A stretch of DNA of 64,000 bases from Rebecca billardiae RCC1528 (taxonomy: Eukaryota > Protista > Haptophyta): NCBI GenBank assembly GCA_965240325.2, contig OZ251249.1, forward strand, positions 186,001 to 250,000. Reading direction: 5' to 3'. Shown one piece after another: positions 10,601 to 21,552 of the stretch. The translations under genes were made by a program, and so were the position numbers. Positions within the stretch are counted from its first letter, which is position 1; the number at the start of each line of letters is the position of its first letter. The notes under the pieces are model-generated. The model was not told the origin of the DNA. It was given only the letters and a program-made list of their open reading frames with translations, and searched no databases.

Positions 10601-13571
10601 GCTCCGCAGCATGCCTGCACGCGCGCACGGCGCGCGCGCGCCACCGCGCGCGCGCGGGGGGCGGCGCACGTGGGGCGCGTGAGTGAGCGACACACACACG
10701 CACACGCGCGCGCGCGCAGAGAGAGAGAGAGAGACGAGCGCGCGCACACACAGCGAGAGAGGGGCTGCCGCGACCGGGGCCGCAACGCGGCCGGGCGGGT
10801 GCGCGCGCGGGTGGCCGAGGGTGCCGCCCCCCCCACGCGCGCGCGCCCTCCCCGCCCCGCCCCGGCGCGCGCTCCGCCGCGCGCGCGCCGCGCGCACAGT
10901 CGAGAGGGTCGTCGCCGGGCGAGCGCGCGCGCGCGGCGAGCACGCCGCAGGTGGAGATGACCACGTCGGCGGTGTGCATGATCAGCGGGAAGAAGATGAA
11001 CGACGCGCCGCCGTTCTTCAGCCCCGCCTCCTTTGCCAGCGTGCCGCCGAGGATCATCGCGCCGATCACCTCGGCGGCGATCGACTCGAAGACGTCGGCC
11101 ATGCTGCCCGCGCAGTCGCCCACGTTGTCGCCCACCTGGGGGGTAGGGTAGGGTTGGGGTGAGGGTTAGGGGTAGGGTGGTTGGGGTGGGGTGGGTGCGG
11201 GCGGGCGGGCGGGCAACGGTGGTGTCGCGGTGGGCGCTCACAGCGGCGGCGGGGGCGTGCGCGCGCCGCGCGGGTGCTGCGGCGGGCGCGCCGCAGCGGC
11301 AGCATGCGCGCGGTGGGCGGCAGGGCGCGGGCAGCGCATGCCCACCGCCCAGCCCCCACCACACACACACGCACGCACGCCCTGTGCGCACGCCCGCCCC
11401 GCACCAGGTCGGCGATCACCGCCGGGTTGCGAGGGTCGTCCTCAGGGATGCCCGCGTCGATCTTGCCGACCATGTCCGCGCCCACGTCCGCCGCCTTTGT
11501 GTAGATACCGCCGCCCAGCTGCATGAAGAGCGCCACCAGCGACGCGCCGAAGCCTGCGCCGGGGCGGGCGGGGCGGGGAGGGGCGGGCGGGCGGCGTGGT
11601 GGCGGGGTGCGGTGGTGGGCGGGCGCGGCGCAGGTGGCACCACGGCCCAGCGCCTGGGCGCTGCGCTCAGCGGCGGCGGCAGCCAGCGCCACATCCGCAG
11701 CAGCAGCGGCCACACCGCGAGCGGTGGCAGCAGCAGCGATGGCGGCAGCAGTAGCAGCAGTAAGCAGCAGCGGCAGCCATCGCCATCACCGCCACCAGCG
11801 GCAGCGGCAGCAGCAGCGGCAGCCATCGCTATCACCGCCACCAGTGGCAGCGGCAGCGGCAGCGGCAGCCGCCGCAGCAGGTGTGCAGCGCACCGTAGCC
11901 CACAAACAGGAAGGGCACGTCCCCCGGCTGCAGCGAGGAGCCAGGCACCACCAGCGCGTCCGCCAGCACGAAGAGCGTCACGATGCCTGGGCGCAGCGGC
12001 GGCGGGGGGGGCGGCGACGAGGGCGCGCGGTCGAGGGCGGTCAGCGGCGCACACGCCCCCGGGGGGGACGGCGCGTACGCGGCGCGGCCGAAGCGGGCGG
12101 CCGAGCGGCGCCGAGCGCGCGCGCCGCAGCCGTCCCCGGGGGGGGGGGGCGGCTGCGGCTGCGTGCGGCCTCGCACCGAGGATGCAGCCTGCCGCCGAGA
12201 GCACGGCCGAGATCGCGCCGCCCCGGAAGCAGATCTGGGGCGCGCGCCGCACCCGGCGCCGCGCGCCGGTGGGCCGTGAGCGCGCTCGCGCGCGGCGCCA
12301 CCGCTCGCGGCGCGCGCGCGTGCATGCGGCCACAAGCGCGCGCAGCCGCGGCCGCCGCAGCGCGCTCCCGCGGCCGCGCGCGCGCGCGCGCACAGCGCAC
12401 GGCCGCTCGGCGCGCGCGCACCTGCAGCGCCAGCGGCCCGTCCCCCGCGGCGGCGGCCGCCGCGACCCTTCCGTTCACCCGCACACTTACCCACATACCC
12501 ACATAGCCCGCGCCTGCCGAGCACACGGCTCCGATCAGGAAGCTGCCGGCGGTGACGCCGGCGAGCACGGTCCGTGGCAGCTGCAGCGGGCCGGGGTCGC
12601 GGTACGTGTAGAAGACGAACAGGGCGGCGGCCACCACCAGCGCCACCTGCGCATACGCGCACGCACACGCACACGCGCACGCACACACGTACACACACAC
12701 ACGCACGCGCGCGCACACACACACACACACGCGCCACGCACACACACGCACACGCGCCACGCACACAAGCACAAACACACGCACGCGCACACACACACGC
12801 ACACACGCACGCGCGCACACACACACGCACACGCACACGCGCCGCACGCGGCACATGAGGGCGACAGGGAGGGCGCCCGCACCGACGGGCGCCCGTGCCG
12901 GCGGGGGCGCGTGAGCGCACGCCCGTCGCCCCGCGGAAGACCCCCGCCCAAAGCACGCCGCCTTTGCTTTGCGTTGAAATCCGTTTCCCGCCTCGCCCCC
13001 CTCTCCTCCCCCATGGCTCATGGCTGCTGCGCGCGCGTGACGGAAGGAGGCGGCGGCTCGAGCGCGGCGCGCGGATCGGCGCGCGGGCCGGCGCGGCGCG
13101 CACCTGCGCGATGCGCGTGTACTGCACGCGCATGAAGGCGTGCGCGCCCGTGCGGATGGACGCGGCCACGGCCTGCATGTCCGCCGAGCCGCAATCTCGA
13201 GATAGAATCTCGGCGGCGAGATGGTGCGAGTACGCCACCGCGCCAAAGCAGACGACGCCGATGCCGACGACGTAGCCGCCGAGTCCGGAGGCGGAGTACG
13301 CGGAGAGCACGGCGAGGGTGAGCAGGTGGAGCACGCCCAGCGCGCCCCACATCGCGCCGGGCAGCTCGGACCGGCCGCCGCGCCCGCCCGCGCCCTTCTT
13401 GCCGTCGTCCGGCGACGGCAGGCCGCCGTTGCCGCCGCCGCCGCCGAGGCCGCCGCCCTCGGCGGCCTCGAGCGCCTGGCGGCCGGCCGGGTAGCCCGCC
13501 GCGCGGCGCGTCATCCCGTCCGCGCGGTTCATCGCGCTCGCGCTGCTGCTGCCGTACGCCGCGGACGCCAT
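7606..13571 (-). CDS. Membrane-bound H+-translocating pyrophosphatase, K+-independent (AVP2/VHP2 type), multi-exon
   Basis: Exons encode [74 protein letters not shown] (Lys of the K+-independent signature, 9396-9367), [25 protein letters not shown] and [16 protein letters not shown] 13571, TAG 7608-7606. Confidence 0.96.
8541..8597. repeat. Intronic 19-bp tandem repeat x3 (GCGCGCGGTGTCGCAGTGG)
   Basis: Exact units at 8541, 8560 and 8579. Confidence 0.9.
10065..10110. repeat. Telomere-like (GGGGTA)n tract ending in GGGTTAGGG, intronic
   Basis: Read directly; lies in PPase intron 9921-10366. Confidence 0.95.
10300..10360. repeat. Telomere-like (CCCCTA)n tract, inverted relative to 10065-10110, same intron
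   Basis: Read directly; immediately after the donor at 10366. Confidence 0.95.
11139..11195. repeat. Degenerate telomere-like tract (GGGTA/GGGTT/TGAGGG/TTAGGG) next to a splice acceptor
   Basis: The sense (minus) strand reads CCCCTAACCCTCACCCCAACCCTACCCTACCCCCCAG|GTGGGCGACAAC. Confidence 0.85.
12652..12840. repeat. Compound (CA)n/(CG)n microsatellite in the first PPase intron
   Basis: About 190 bp of alternating purine-pyrimidine sequence. Confidence 0.95.
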
Positions 13572-13871
13572 CGTCAGCGCCGCTCACTCTCGCGCGCGGC
13601 GGCCAGCACAAGCGAGACCGATCCGCTCGGCGTCGCGGGCGATGGCGGCGCAGTCCGGTGGCCGCTCGGAAGGGCAGCTCACCGCGAGCGCAGCGGCTCG
13701 CGTTTGCTCGCGCGTCCTACTCGCGGTGAGCGGAGCGCGGCTGGCGGCAGCCCGCGCCGGCGCGCGTGGGCCCTGGCGCGGCGCGGCGCGGTCTCACGCC
13801 CCGCCGCGCGCCCCGCCCGCCCTCCCGTGCGCGGCGCAGCCCCCGAACCTCCGGACCCGCGCCCGCCCACC
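13572..13871. promoter_or_regulatory. Probable bidirectional promoter/5' UTR region between H+-PPase and TMEM43
   Basis: Divergent ATGs only 300 bp apart. Inferred from position alone. Confidence 0.5.
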
Positions 13872-15389
13872 ATGTCTGAGGACGGCGGCGGCGGCGGCGG
13901 CGACTTTGAAGGCGGCGACTTTAGCGAGGTGACGACGGAGAACTTCATGGGGCGGATGGGCAACTCGTGCTGCGGCGTGGGGGTCGGGATCATCCTCTTC
14001 CTCCTCGCCGGCCCGCTCATCTGGTGGAACGAGGGCCGCGCCGTCTTCACGCGCGACGCGATCAACGCCGGCATGGCCAACGTGGTCGAGGCCGACTGCG
14101 CGCGGCTCGACCCGGCGAACGAGGGGAAGCTGATCCACTTCGCGTGCGAGCTCGAGGGCCTCTCCTCCTTCTCCGCCCTCGGCGGCGTCGTCTCCGTCAA
14201 CGAGTCCATCTTCCTCGCCACCGAAGTCTCCATGTACCAGTGGACGGAAACTTCCCGGAAACAGACGAGCAACACGGCCGCGGGCGGCAAGAAGACGAGT
14301 GCGCGCGGCGCGCGCGGGCGCGGGCGGGCGGGCGGGCGGGCGGGCGTGGCGGGCGCGGCGCACTCGCGCGAGGAGCGCGCCATCGCGTGCGCGCCCGCGC
14401 TCACGCGCGCCCTCCACGCGCGCGCCCTCTCCTGCGGCGCTAACCCTAACCCTAACCCCCTAACCCTCACCCTCACCTCGCCGCGCCTCGCCGCGCGCGC
14501 GCCGCGCGCCGCAGCGACGACGTACTCGTACTCGCGCGCGTGGACGGGCTCGCCGATCAACTCGAACGCGTTCAAGCGGCCCACGTCCAACCGCACCAAC
14601 CCGCCCGACTCCGCCTGGCCGCTGCACACCAACACCCAGTGGGCGGCCGAGCTGCGCGCGGGTGTGTACTCACTTCCTACTGACAAGGTGAAGAGCGCGC
14701 TCAGCTCGTCCGAGCCGCTGGAACTCTCCGGAAGTTTCGCGCGCGGCGGGAACGTGAGCTTCTCGGCGGTGCAGCCGCCGGCGGCGATCACGCCGGCCAC
14801 CGTCGCGCTCTTCGACTCGCACACGCTCTCCACCGCCGACCCAGCCAAGCCGACGCCAGTCGGCGCCATGCACATTTCGTTCGAGCGCTCGACGGCCACG
14901 GCCGCGTCGGCGCTCGCCGCGCAGCAGGGCGACGGCATCGCGGAGTGGGGCAGCGGCACGAAGAAGGTGAAGGACGGGTACGAGCTCTTCCGGCTGGTCG
15001 AGGGCGAGCAGTCCGCGCAGGACATGTTCGAGGAGATGCACGCGTCGAACAACGCCATGACGTGGGTGCTGCGACTCGTGTGCCTGCTGTGCGCGTGGGG
15101 AGGGCTCTATCTTGTCGTGGCGCCGCTCGCGACGATGCCGGACTTCATCCCGTTCTGCGGCGAGTTCATCGGGGACATGATCGGGATGGTCCTGGGCTGC
15201 GCGATGGGCTGCATCGCCCTCGTGTACTGCTGCACCATCGGCGCCATCGCGTGGATCCGCTTCAGGCCGCTGCTCGGCGTCGGGCTGCTGCTCGTCGCGG
15301 CCGCGGCCGGCGGCGCGTACTGGTACGCGCGTCAGTACGCGAGCAAGAAGAAGAAGGAGGAGAGCGGCGGCGGCGAGTTGCTCTCGTGA
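13872..15389 (+). CDS. TMEM43: Transmembrane protein 43 (LUMA/DUF1625 family)
   Basis: GIILF..LIWWNEGRAV, NEGKLIH, VSMYQWTE, YSYSRAW..INSNAF, SAQDMFEEMHASNNAMTWVLR, IAWIRFRP. Intron 14299-14514. Confidence 0.93.
   Translation: MSEDGGGGGGDFEGGDFSEVTTENFMGRMGNSCCGVGVGIILFLLAGPLIWWNEGRAVFTRDAINAGMANVVEADCARLDPANEGKLIHFACELEGLSSFSALGGVVSVNESIFLATEVSMYQWTETSRKQTSNTAAGGKKTSARGARGRGRAGGRAGVAGAAHSREERAIACAPALTRALHARALSCGANPNPNPLTLTLTSPRLAARAPRAAATTYSYSRAWTGSPINSNAFKRPTSNRTNPPDSAWPLHTNTQWAAELRAGVYSLPTDKVKSALSSSEPLELSGSFARGGNVSFSAVQPPAAITPATVALFDSHTLSTADPAKPTPVGAMHISFERSTATAASALAAQQGDGIAEWGSGTKKVKDGYELFRLVEGEQSAQDMFEEMHASNNAMTWVLRLVCLLCAWGGLYLVVAPLATMPDFIPFCGEFIGDMIGMVLGCAMGCIALVYCCTIGAIAWIRFRPLLGVGLLLVAAAAGGAYWYARQYASKKKKEESGGGELLS
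14440..14478 (+). repeat. Telomeric (CCCTAA)n/(CCCTCA)n tract near the 3' end of the TMEM43 intron
   Basis: CTAACCCTAACCCTAACCCCCTAACCCTCACCCTCACC. Confidence 0.92.
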
Positions 15390-15587
15390 GGTGCGGCTGC
15401 TCGGGCTGGCGGCGTGGGCGGCGCGGCGCGGCGCGGCGCGGGGCGGCGCGGGGCGCGGCCAGGATTCGAGGCGGGCGCGCGGGCGCGGGCCCCCGCGCAC
15501 GCCCCGGCGCCGCTGGCTGGTGCGCTGCTCGATGACTGCATGCAGCGCTTACGGCTTATAATTAGCTTCGATCTCCCGACGAAGGGC

Positions 15588-15628
15588 TTATATATATATA
15601 TATATATGTGTGTGTGTATATATATATA
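15588..15628. repeat. (TA)n(TG)n(TA)n microsatellite between convergent 3' ends
   Basis: Read directly. Confidence 0.95.
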
Positions 15629-15830
15629 GGCGGCATGCGTAGACGTCGTATATATAGTAGCGCCTTGATGGGCTGCTGGTGTAGTCTGCCGTCTGGCATG
15701 CTGAGGGTCCGTGGACGGCGGAGTCGCGGAGTGGCCGTTGGCCACTGGCACTTGGCCTGATCGGCGCGCCACGCCGCACAGTCCGGCGCGCGTCCCTGCT
15801 GGCGACGCCTGTGCGTCGCGCACTGCGCGC

Positions 15831-16808
15831 TCAGTCGTACTCGCGCCAGTTCAGCTCGAAGAGCCACGTGCAGAAGAGCGACGGCGCGAAGTACGGCACC
15901 GTGCCGAGCAGCCAGCGCGTGGGCAGGTTGGGCATCACCACCGCGGTGCGCGCGAACGTGGCGTCGAGCGCGAGCTTGGCGACGTCGGCCGCCGACTCCC
16001 ACATGGGGCGGTTGAAGGCGAGGAGCGTCTTCTTCGCCGCGGCCTGCTCGAAGAACTCGGTGCGCACCGGCCCGGGGCACAGCGCCGTCACCGACACGCC
16101 GCTCGCGCGCAGCTCGTAGTTGAGCGAGCGCGAGAGCGACAGTATGTATGCCTTGGTCGCATGGTAGACCGCCTCGCGCGGCCCCGGTACGAACGAGGAG
16201 ATCGAGGCGACGTTGAGGACGTGCCCGCGGCCCGCCCGCGCCATCTGGGGCACGAGGCCGTGCGTGAGCGCGAGCGGCGCGTGCACGTTCACCGCGTTGA
16301 TCGCCTCGAGCCGCGGCAGCGACTTTTCGAGGAAAGTTCCGTGCTCGGAGAAGCCCGCGTTGTTGACGAGCACGGCGAGCGGCAGCGGCTCGAGCTGCGA
16401 GACGAGCGCGCCGAGCTGCGCGGGCTGGGAGAGGTCGCACTGCACCGTGCGCACGTCGATCCCGCGCTTCCGCGACCCCGCGTCCGCCGCCTTGCACTTG
16501 GCCGCGAGCGACTCGAGCCGGTCGAGCCGGCGCGCGACTAGCACGAGGTCAAACCCGCGCGCGGCGAGGTCGAGGGCGAGGTACTCGCCGATGCCGGAGG
16601 AGGCGCCGGTGACGAGCGCGTACCCATCGCCCGGCTGCACCTTGGACTTCTTGAACGTCGCCGCGCGCAGCAGCGCCTCGTACGCGTACAGCGGCAGCGC
16701 GAGCGCGTGCGTGAGCACGAGCAGCAGCAGCGCGCACGGGCTCCACGCGAGGTAGACGAGGACGCCGAGCACGTCGAGCGGGGTGACGGGGAGGCCGAAG
16801 AGGCCCAT
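15831..16808 (-). CDS. Classical short-chain dehydrogenase/reductase with N-terminal membrane anchor
   Basis: Intronless ORF with TGASSGIG, LVARR, NNAG, NVASI, catalytic YHATK and LCPGPV. Confidence 0.95.
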   Translation of the reverse strand: MGLFGLPVTPLDVLGVLVYLAWSPCALLLLVLTHALALPLYAYEALLRAATFKKSKVQPGDGYALVTGASSGIGEYLALDLAARGFDLVLVARRLDRLESLAAKCKAADAGSRKRGIDVRTVQCDLSQPAQLGALVSQLEPLPLAVLVNNAGFSEHGTFLEKSLPRLEAINAVNVHAPLALTHGLVPQMARAGRGHVLNVASISSFVPGPREAVYHATKAYILSLSRSLNYELRASGVSVTALCPGPVRTEFFEQAAAKKTLLAFNRPMWESAADVAKLALDATFARTAVVMPNLPTRWLLGTVPYFAPSLFCTWLFELNWREYD

Positions 16809-17178
16809 GGGCGCCGAGGGCGGGGGCGGGGCGCGTGCGGCCGAGCGGGAGGGCGGAGAGCGCTGGTTGGCGCGTGTACGCTGTGCGCCGGCGGTCGATC
16901 GACGAGGGATCGGGCGGGCGCCGCGGTCTTGGACCGAACACGAAAAGACGACCCAAGTCGCCCAACCCCGGCCGGGGCGGTCGCTCAGATCATGATCAGC
17001 TCGCTGATTCGCCGAGCCGGCGACATTTGGGCAGTTGGCGCAAAGTGCATGGCGATTTCATCGCCATTTGCGCATTCATTGGTCAAAAGAAAGATCGTGC
17101 TAAACTTTCCAGCGCAGACGACGGAGAGTTGTGGCAAGTCCGGGCCTGCCGGAGCGGGCGCGGAAATCATCATTGATG

Positions 17179-18110
17179 CAAGGGTGGTCACCCAAGGGTG
17201 GTCGGCTTGTCCCCTACACCCCTGGCTCGGGGGACGGCTGCCGTGGCGGCGGTGGGTGCGTGCTCGCCGAGCGTCCTAGCGGTCGATTGCGGGGCGTTCC
17301 GTGGCGGCACGCTGGGCGGGGCGGGCCCCAAGACGTAGGGGAACGTCGACAAAGCAGCCCGCTGATGTCTCTCCTCGCTCGTCGCCCTTGCGGTTGGCGC
17401 GCGCAACCACTTGCGGGCTTGAGCTTGTGCCGAGCGGTCACTTCCTGCCAGCCGACTCGACATGTGGGGAGCCTGGGCGCGATGAGATGGCTCGGGGAGG
17501 TGGGGGTATGTATGCACAATGTATACGCACACGCGCGCTGGACTTCCGACCCCGCACGCCGCCTGAAAGAGGTCACGTTAGGCACGCGTCGCGCTCTCGC
17601 GTTTCAAACGGTGTGTGCCGCACGACATTACCAGAGTCACGGATCACTGATCGAGCTGCTTTTCTGGTCGCCCATAGCACAGATAAGCCTACCCGACTAG
17701 CCCCATGCGTGACGGCCGGGTCTTGAGTGCTATGGCACCACTTGTAGCAGCTTCTTGCACGCTAGGCACTGCCACAAGCGCCGCGAGCCAGCTTCGTGAG
17801 CATTTGAACGCAGACACAAGGTGCGGAGGCAGTCTTCAGGGCGTGGCAATGGCATGGGAGTCCGCGTCTGGTGTTGTACACGCAATGCGACGGCGCGCAC
17901 ACGCGCGACTACGTGCCACAAGGCCGGTGATACCCGCGAGCCGCCACGCTCACGCGCCCGTCGCTCCTCCAGCCGCCGCTTGGCGACGCCGCCCGGACTC
18001 AGCGACGACACTGGTCGGCTTGGTCGCGGCCTCCCGGACCCCCAGGGGGGGGGGGGGGGCCTGGATTTACCCGTCCAGGGGTTTCGGAGATAAGCCTTGG
18101 GTCACCCTTG
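17179..18110. mobile_element. Non-autonomous DNA transposon with CAAGG...CCTTG termini and a 7-bp TSD
   Basis: Left end CAAGGGTG(gtc)ACCCAAGG...GCTTGTCCCCTACACCCCTGG. Reverse complement of right end CAAGGGTGACCCAAGGCTTATCTCCGAAACCCCTGG. Perfect TSD ATTGATG at 17172-17178 and 18111-18117. Lower-GC interior. Confidence 0.85.
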
Positions 18111-18233
18111 ATTGATGTATGTGCCACGAGTACTGCCGGCAGTTGGGCCGGCGGATTCATTCGTCGCGACTGGCGTGTCGACGCGTCATCGCCCTGCGAT
18201 CGGTCGCGCGCCGAGTCGCGTCGTGCTGGGCCC

Positions 18234-19241
18234 ATGCTCCGCCTCGCGTCCATCGCATCGGCCGCTTCGCGCGCGGCGACGCGCGTCGCACTCCCCGCCA
18301 CGCGGCCCCTCCCCGCCTCTCCAGCCCGCACCCTCGCCACCCTCGCCACGCCCGACCCCGCGGACGTCCGCCCGGCGGCGGTGGAGCACGAGCTGGAGCA
18401 GCACGTGACGGTGGCGGGCGCGGGCGCGATGGGCGAGACGCTGGCGACGACGCGCGGCTTCGCGGCCGGCGAGCTGGTCTACGCGTTCACCTCGCGCACC
18501 GCGCACGACAAGTCCCGCTACTCCATCCAGGTCGGCCGCGCCGAGCACACGGCACACGAGGGCCTGTTTGCGCTGATGAATCACAGCTGCAAGCCGAGCT
18601 GCTACCTGTGGCCGTTGCCGCTGGCGGGCGCGGACGGCGCCGAGGGGCGCGCGTGCATGGGGGCGGAGGACGGGGAGGGCCTCGTGCGCGTCGGCGTCTT
18701 CGCCGCGCGCGACCTCGCGGCCGGCGAGGCCGTCAACTTCGACTATCGGCAGACGGAGTGCGTTGCATGCGCACGCGCCGCGCGCCCTCGCGCCGTCGGC
18801 GCGTCGGTCTCGCGCTCCCGGCGGGGTGGTGGGTGGGTGCCGCACGGAGGGAGATTGCGATCTGGCGGGCGCACGGCGACCCCGGCTCGCCTGCCTCGGC
18901 GCACGCGCCGAGTGTGCCCGCACCCTCCGCCTGACGCGTGCCGCCCCGCGCCCCCGCGCATCCGCCCCGCGCGGGGGCGCCGCGCGCCGCGCCGCCGCCG
19001 ACGCAGGTGGGAGATGGCGACGCCGTTCGAGTGCGCCTGCCCCGGCGTGGAGCAGCGCTGCGCGGTCGCGGGCGCCTCCGCCCTCCCACCGGACGCGCAG
19101 CGCGCCTTGCTCGCCGACCCGAGCGCCCGGCTCTGGCCGCACGTCTCGGAGCAAATCCGCATGCAGTCTCACCAGCGGCAGGGGCCGCCGTCCGAGCCTC
19201 CGGCGTCGGCGGGGGCGGCCGCTGCCAGCACCGCGCGGTGA
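18234..19241 (+). CDS. Small SET/post-SET domain methyltransferase with a putative mitochondrial presequence
   Basis: MNHSCKP, AARDLAAGEAVNFDY, TE|WEMATPFECAC..C. Intron 18758-19006. N-terminus is Arg/Ala/Ser/Thr-rich and lacks acidic residues. Confidence 0.88.
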   Translation: MLRLASIASAASRAATRVALPATRPLPASPARTLATLATPDPADVRPAAVEHELEQHVTVAGAGAMGETLATTRGFAAGELVYAFTSRTAHDKSRYSIQVGRAEHTAHEGLFALMNHSCKPSCYLWPLPLAGADGAEGRACMGAEDGEGLVRVGVFAARDLAAGEAVNFDYRQTECVACARAARPRAVGASVSRSRRGGGWVPHGGRLRSGGRTATPARLPRRTRRVCPHPPPDACRPAPPRIRPARGRRAPRRRRRRWEMATPFECACPGVEQRCAVAGASALPPDAQRALLADPSARLWPHVSEQIRMQSHQRQGPPSEPPASAGAAAASTAR

Positions 19242-19740
19242 CTGCATGAAGGATGACCCGAGGATACCGCCGTCCCCGCGCCGCCCGCTCGTCACGCCGC
19301 GTAGTGCGCGGCCCGGAGTCCGGGACTCGGCGCCGTCGGCGCGATGACGATTGATGTGATGTGATAGCCTACGACTACTGAACATTACAGCGCCCGTCGC
19401 GTCATCATAAGCGCGGAGCTGAGCCGGCCCTGCTGCCGCCGTAGTCATCCGATGATCATCAGCAGCGCAGTATAGTAACTGCCTATACGCCTGCCCGAGA
19501 GACGGCTGGAGTTGGGACGCGTCACTCGCGTGCCGCGGCCGGCGCAGCGGGACCGGCCACCAACGCGGCCGCGGGGCGGCAGCCCGGCGCGCGCGCGAGC
19601 CGCGGCGCTGCGCGTGGCGGCCCGCCTTCGCACTCGCAGCCGCCACCCGGCGGCTGCGGCTTGCAACGGCCTGCTCGTCACGCCGCGAGCCGTGTGAACA
19701 CACGTGTGTCCGTGTGCCCGAGGAAGCGTGGGTCAGTCAG

Positions 19741-20966
19741 TCAGTTCACCGGCGGGAGCGTCGAGGCCTGGCGCAGCGATGGGCGCAACTGCTTTGCAGC
19801 GACCAGCGTCGGCCAGCGGATCGCCGAGTGCTCCTGGGTCGGCGGCGCCGCCGGCACCTGCGTCGGTGCCGGGGGGCGGCGGGGGCGCGGGGGGCGGCGG
19901 CGGGTGGGTGGGTCAGTGGCCGGGCCGCCTCGCGCGCTCACCGCCCCCCCCCCTCTCAGCCGCCCGCCCAGCCGGGCGCACAGGACACAGCGCAGCGCTG
20001 GCGGGCACTCCACTCGCCCGCGCGGCAGGCTCGGCACGCCACCCACTGCGAAAAAGCCCGCAGCATCGCCGCCCGCCCGCCCGCCCGCACGCCCGCCCGC
20101 GCGCGCGGACGCACCGGGCGGATAAGCGACTGCGCGTCCCGCTGCGCGCGCGCCCAGTCCACGTCCATCGGCAGCAGCCCGGCCACGACGAGCGGCGTGA
20201 GCGAAAGGCGCGGGCCGGCGCCGAGCACGGGCGGCAGTTGCGGCTCGACGGCGCGCAGCTCGAGCCTGCGCCGACCGCCGCGCGCGCGGGGGGCGGGGGC
20301 GGCGCACGCTCGGTGCCGGTGAGCTGGCGGGGGCATGGGCGCGCGCGGCCGCGGCCGAGCGCTCGCGACGCCTGCCGGCCGGCGCCGCGCGGCGCTGCCT
20401 GGCTGCTGCGCGCCCGCAGCGGCGGGGACGCGAGTGCGCGCGTGCGCTCGCACCGCGAGGCGGTGGACATGCGCGAGGTGGCGCGCGACGCGCGGCTCTG
20501 CGTCGACGCCAGCCGCGGCAGCTCGCCCGTCGAGCCGCGCCCGTGGCGCGTGCTCGGCGGCGAGCGCTCGTCGGCCGAGAAGTAGCTCGGCTGCGCCGAG
20601 CGCTCGGCGGCGCCGTCGGCGCTGCCGGCGCGGTGCGAGCGCGCCGTGCTGCTGCGGCGCCGGCCATGGCGCCCGGCGCCGCCCCACGTCGCGCGGCGCG
20701 CGGCCGCCGCGCCGCCCCCAGCCGGCTGCTTGCCGCCCGCGGGGCCGCCGCCCACGACGGACGAGCCGCCGAGCAGGTCCGTGCGCGCGGTGGACGCCAG
20801 CATGGAGGGTGGCGGGCGCGGCGGCGCGGGCGGCTGCGCGAGCACTCGCGAGACGAGGGACGGGTCGTTGTCCGAGACGAGCGAGCGGCGGCGGCGGTCG
20901 GCCTTTGCGCAGAAGGCGGTGCACGCCTCGCACAGCGGCAGCCGCTGCCTGCGCGCAGCAGCGATT

Positions 20967-21029
<63 letters not shown>

Positions 21030-21030
21030 C

Positions 21031-21065
<35 letters not shown>

Positions 21066-21490
21066 CGCAGCGAGGAGTCAAGCCACCGGCGGTGCCGCAG
21101 CGGCGAGGGCGGCGCGGGCCGCGGTGAGTGAGCGATGGCGCGCGCGAGCACGCCCAGCGCGCGCCCCCAGGCCCCCGGCGCCACCCGCTCCCCGCGCCCC
21201 CGGCGCGCGCGGCGCGCCCGGCGCGCGGGGTGTGCCCGGCGGCGCCCCCGCCGCGTGCGGCACCCGCGGGCGCGCGCGGCGCGCGGCGCGCTGCCCCGAC
21301 CTGTAGGTGCGAGGCGGCAGCCTCGCGCTCAGCGCCTGCGCCCACGTGTCTGCGTCGTCGGTTGTGTCGTCCACGATGGCGCCCAGCACCGCCTCGAGCC
21401 GCGCTGTGGCGGCGACGGCGCACGCGCCGGCCAAGCGATTCGCATGAGCGCAGGGGCGTGCCACACGGCGCACAGCGCACGGCACGGCAC

Positions 21491-21552
<62 letters not shown>

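Noticed and set aside
20965-21065. Poly-Cys, poly-Leu, poly-Ser or poly-Ala tracts in the ORF track
   Set aside because: They translate an intronic CAG/CTG repeat (intron 20949-21300).
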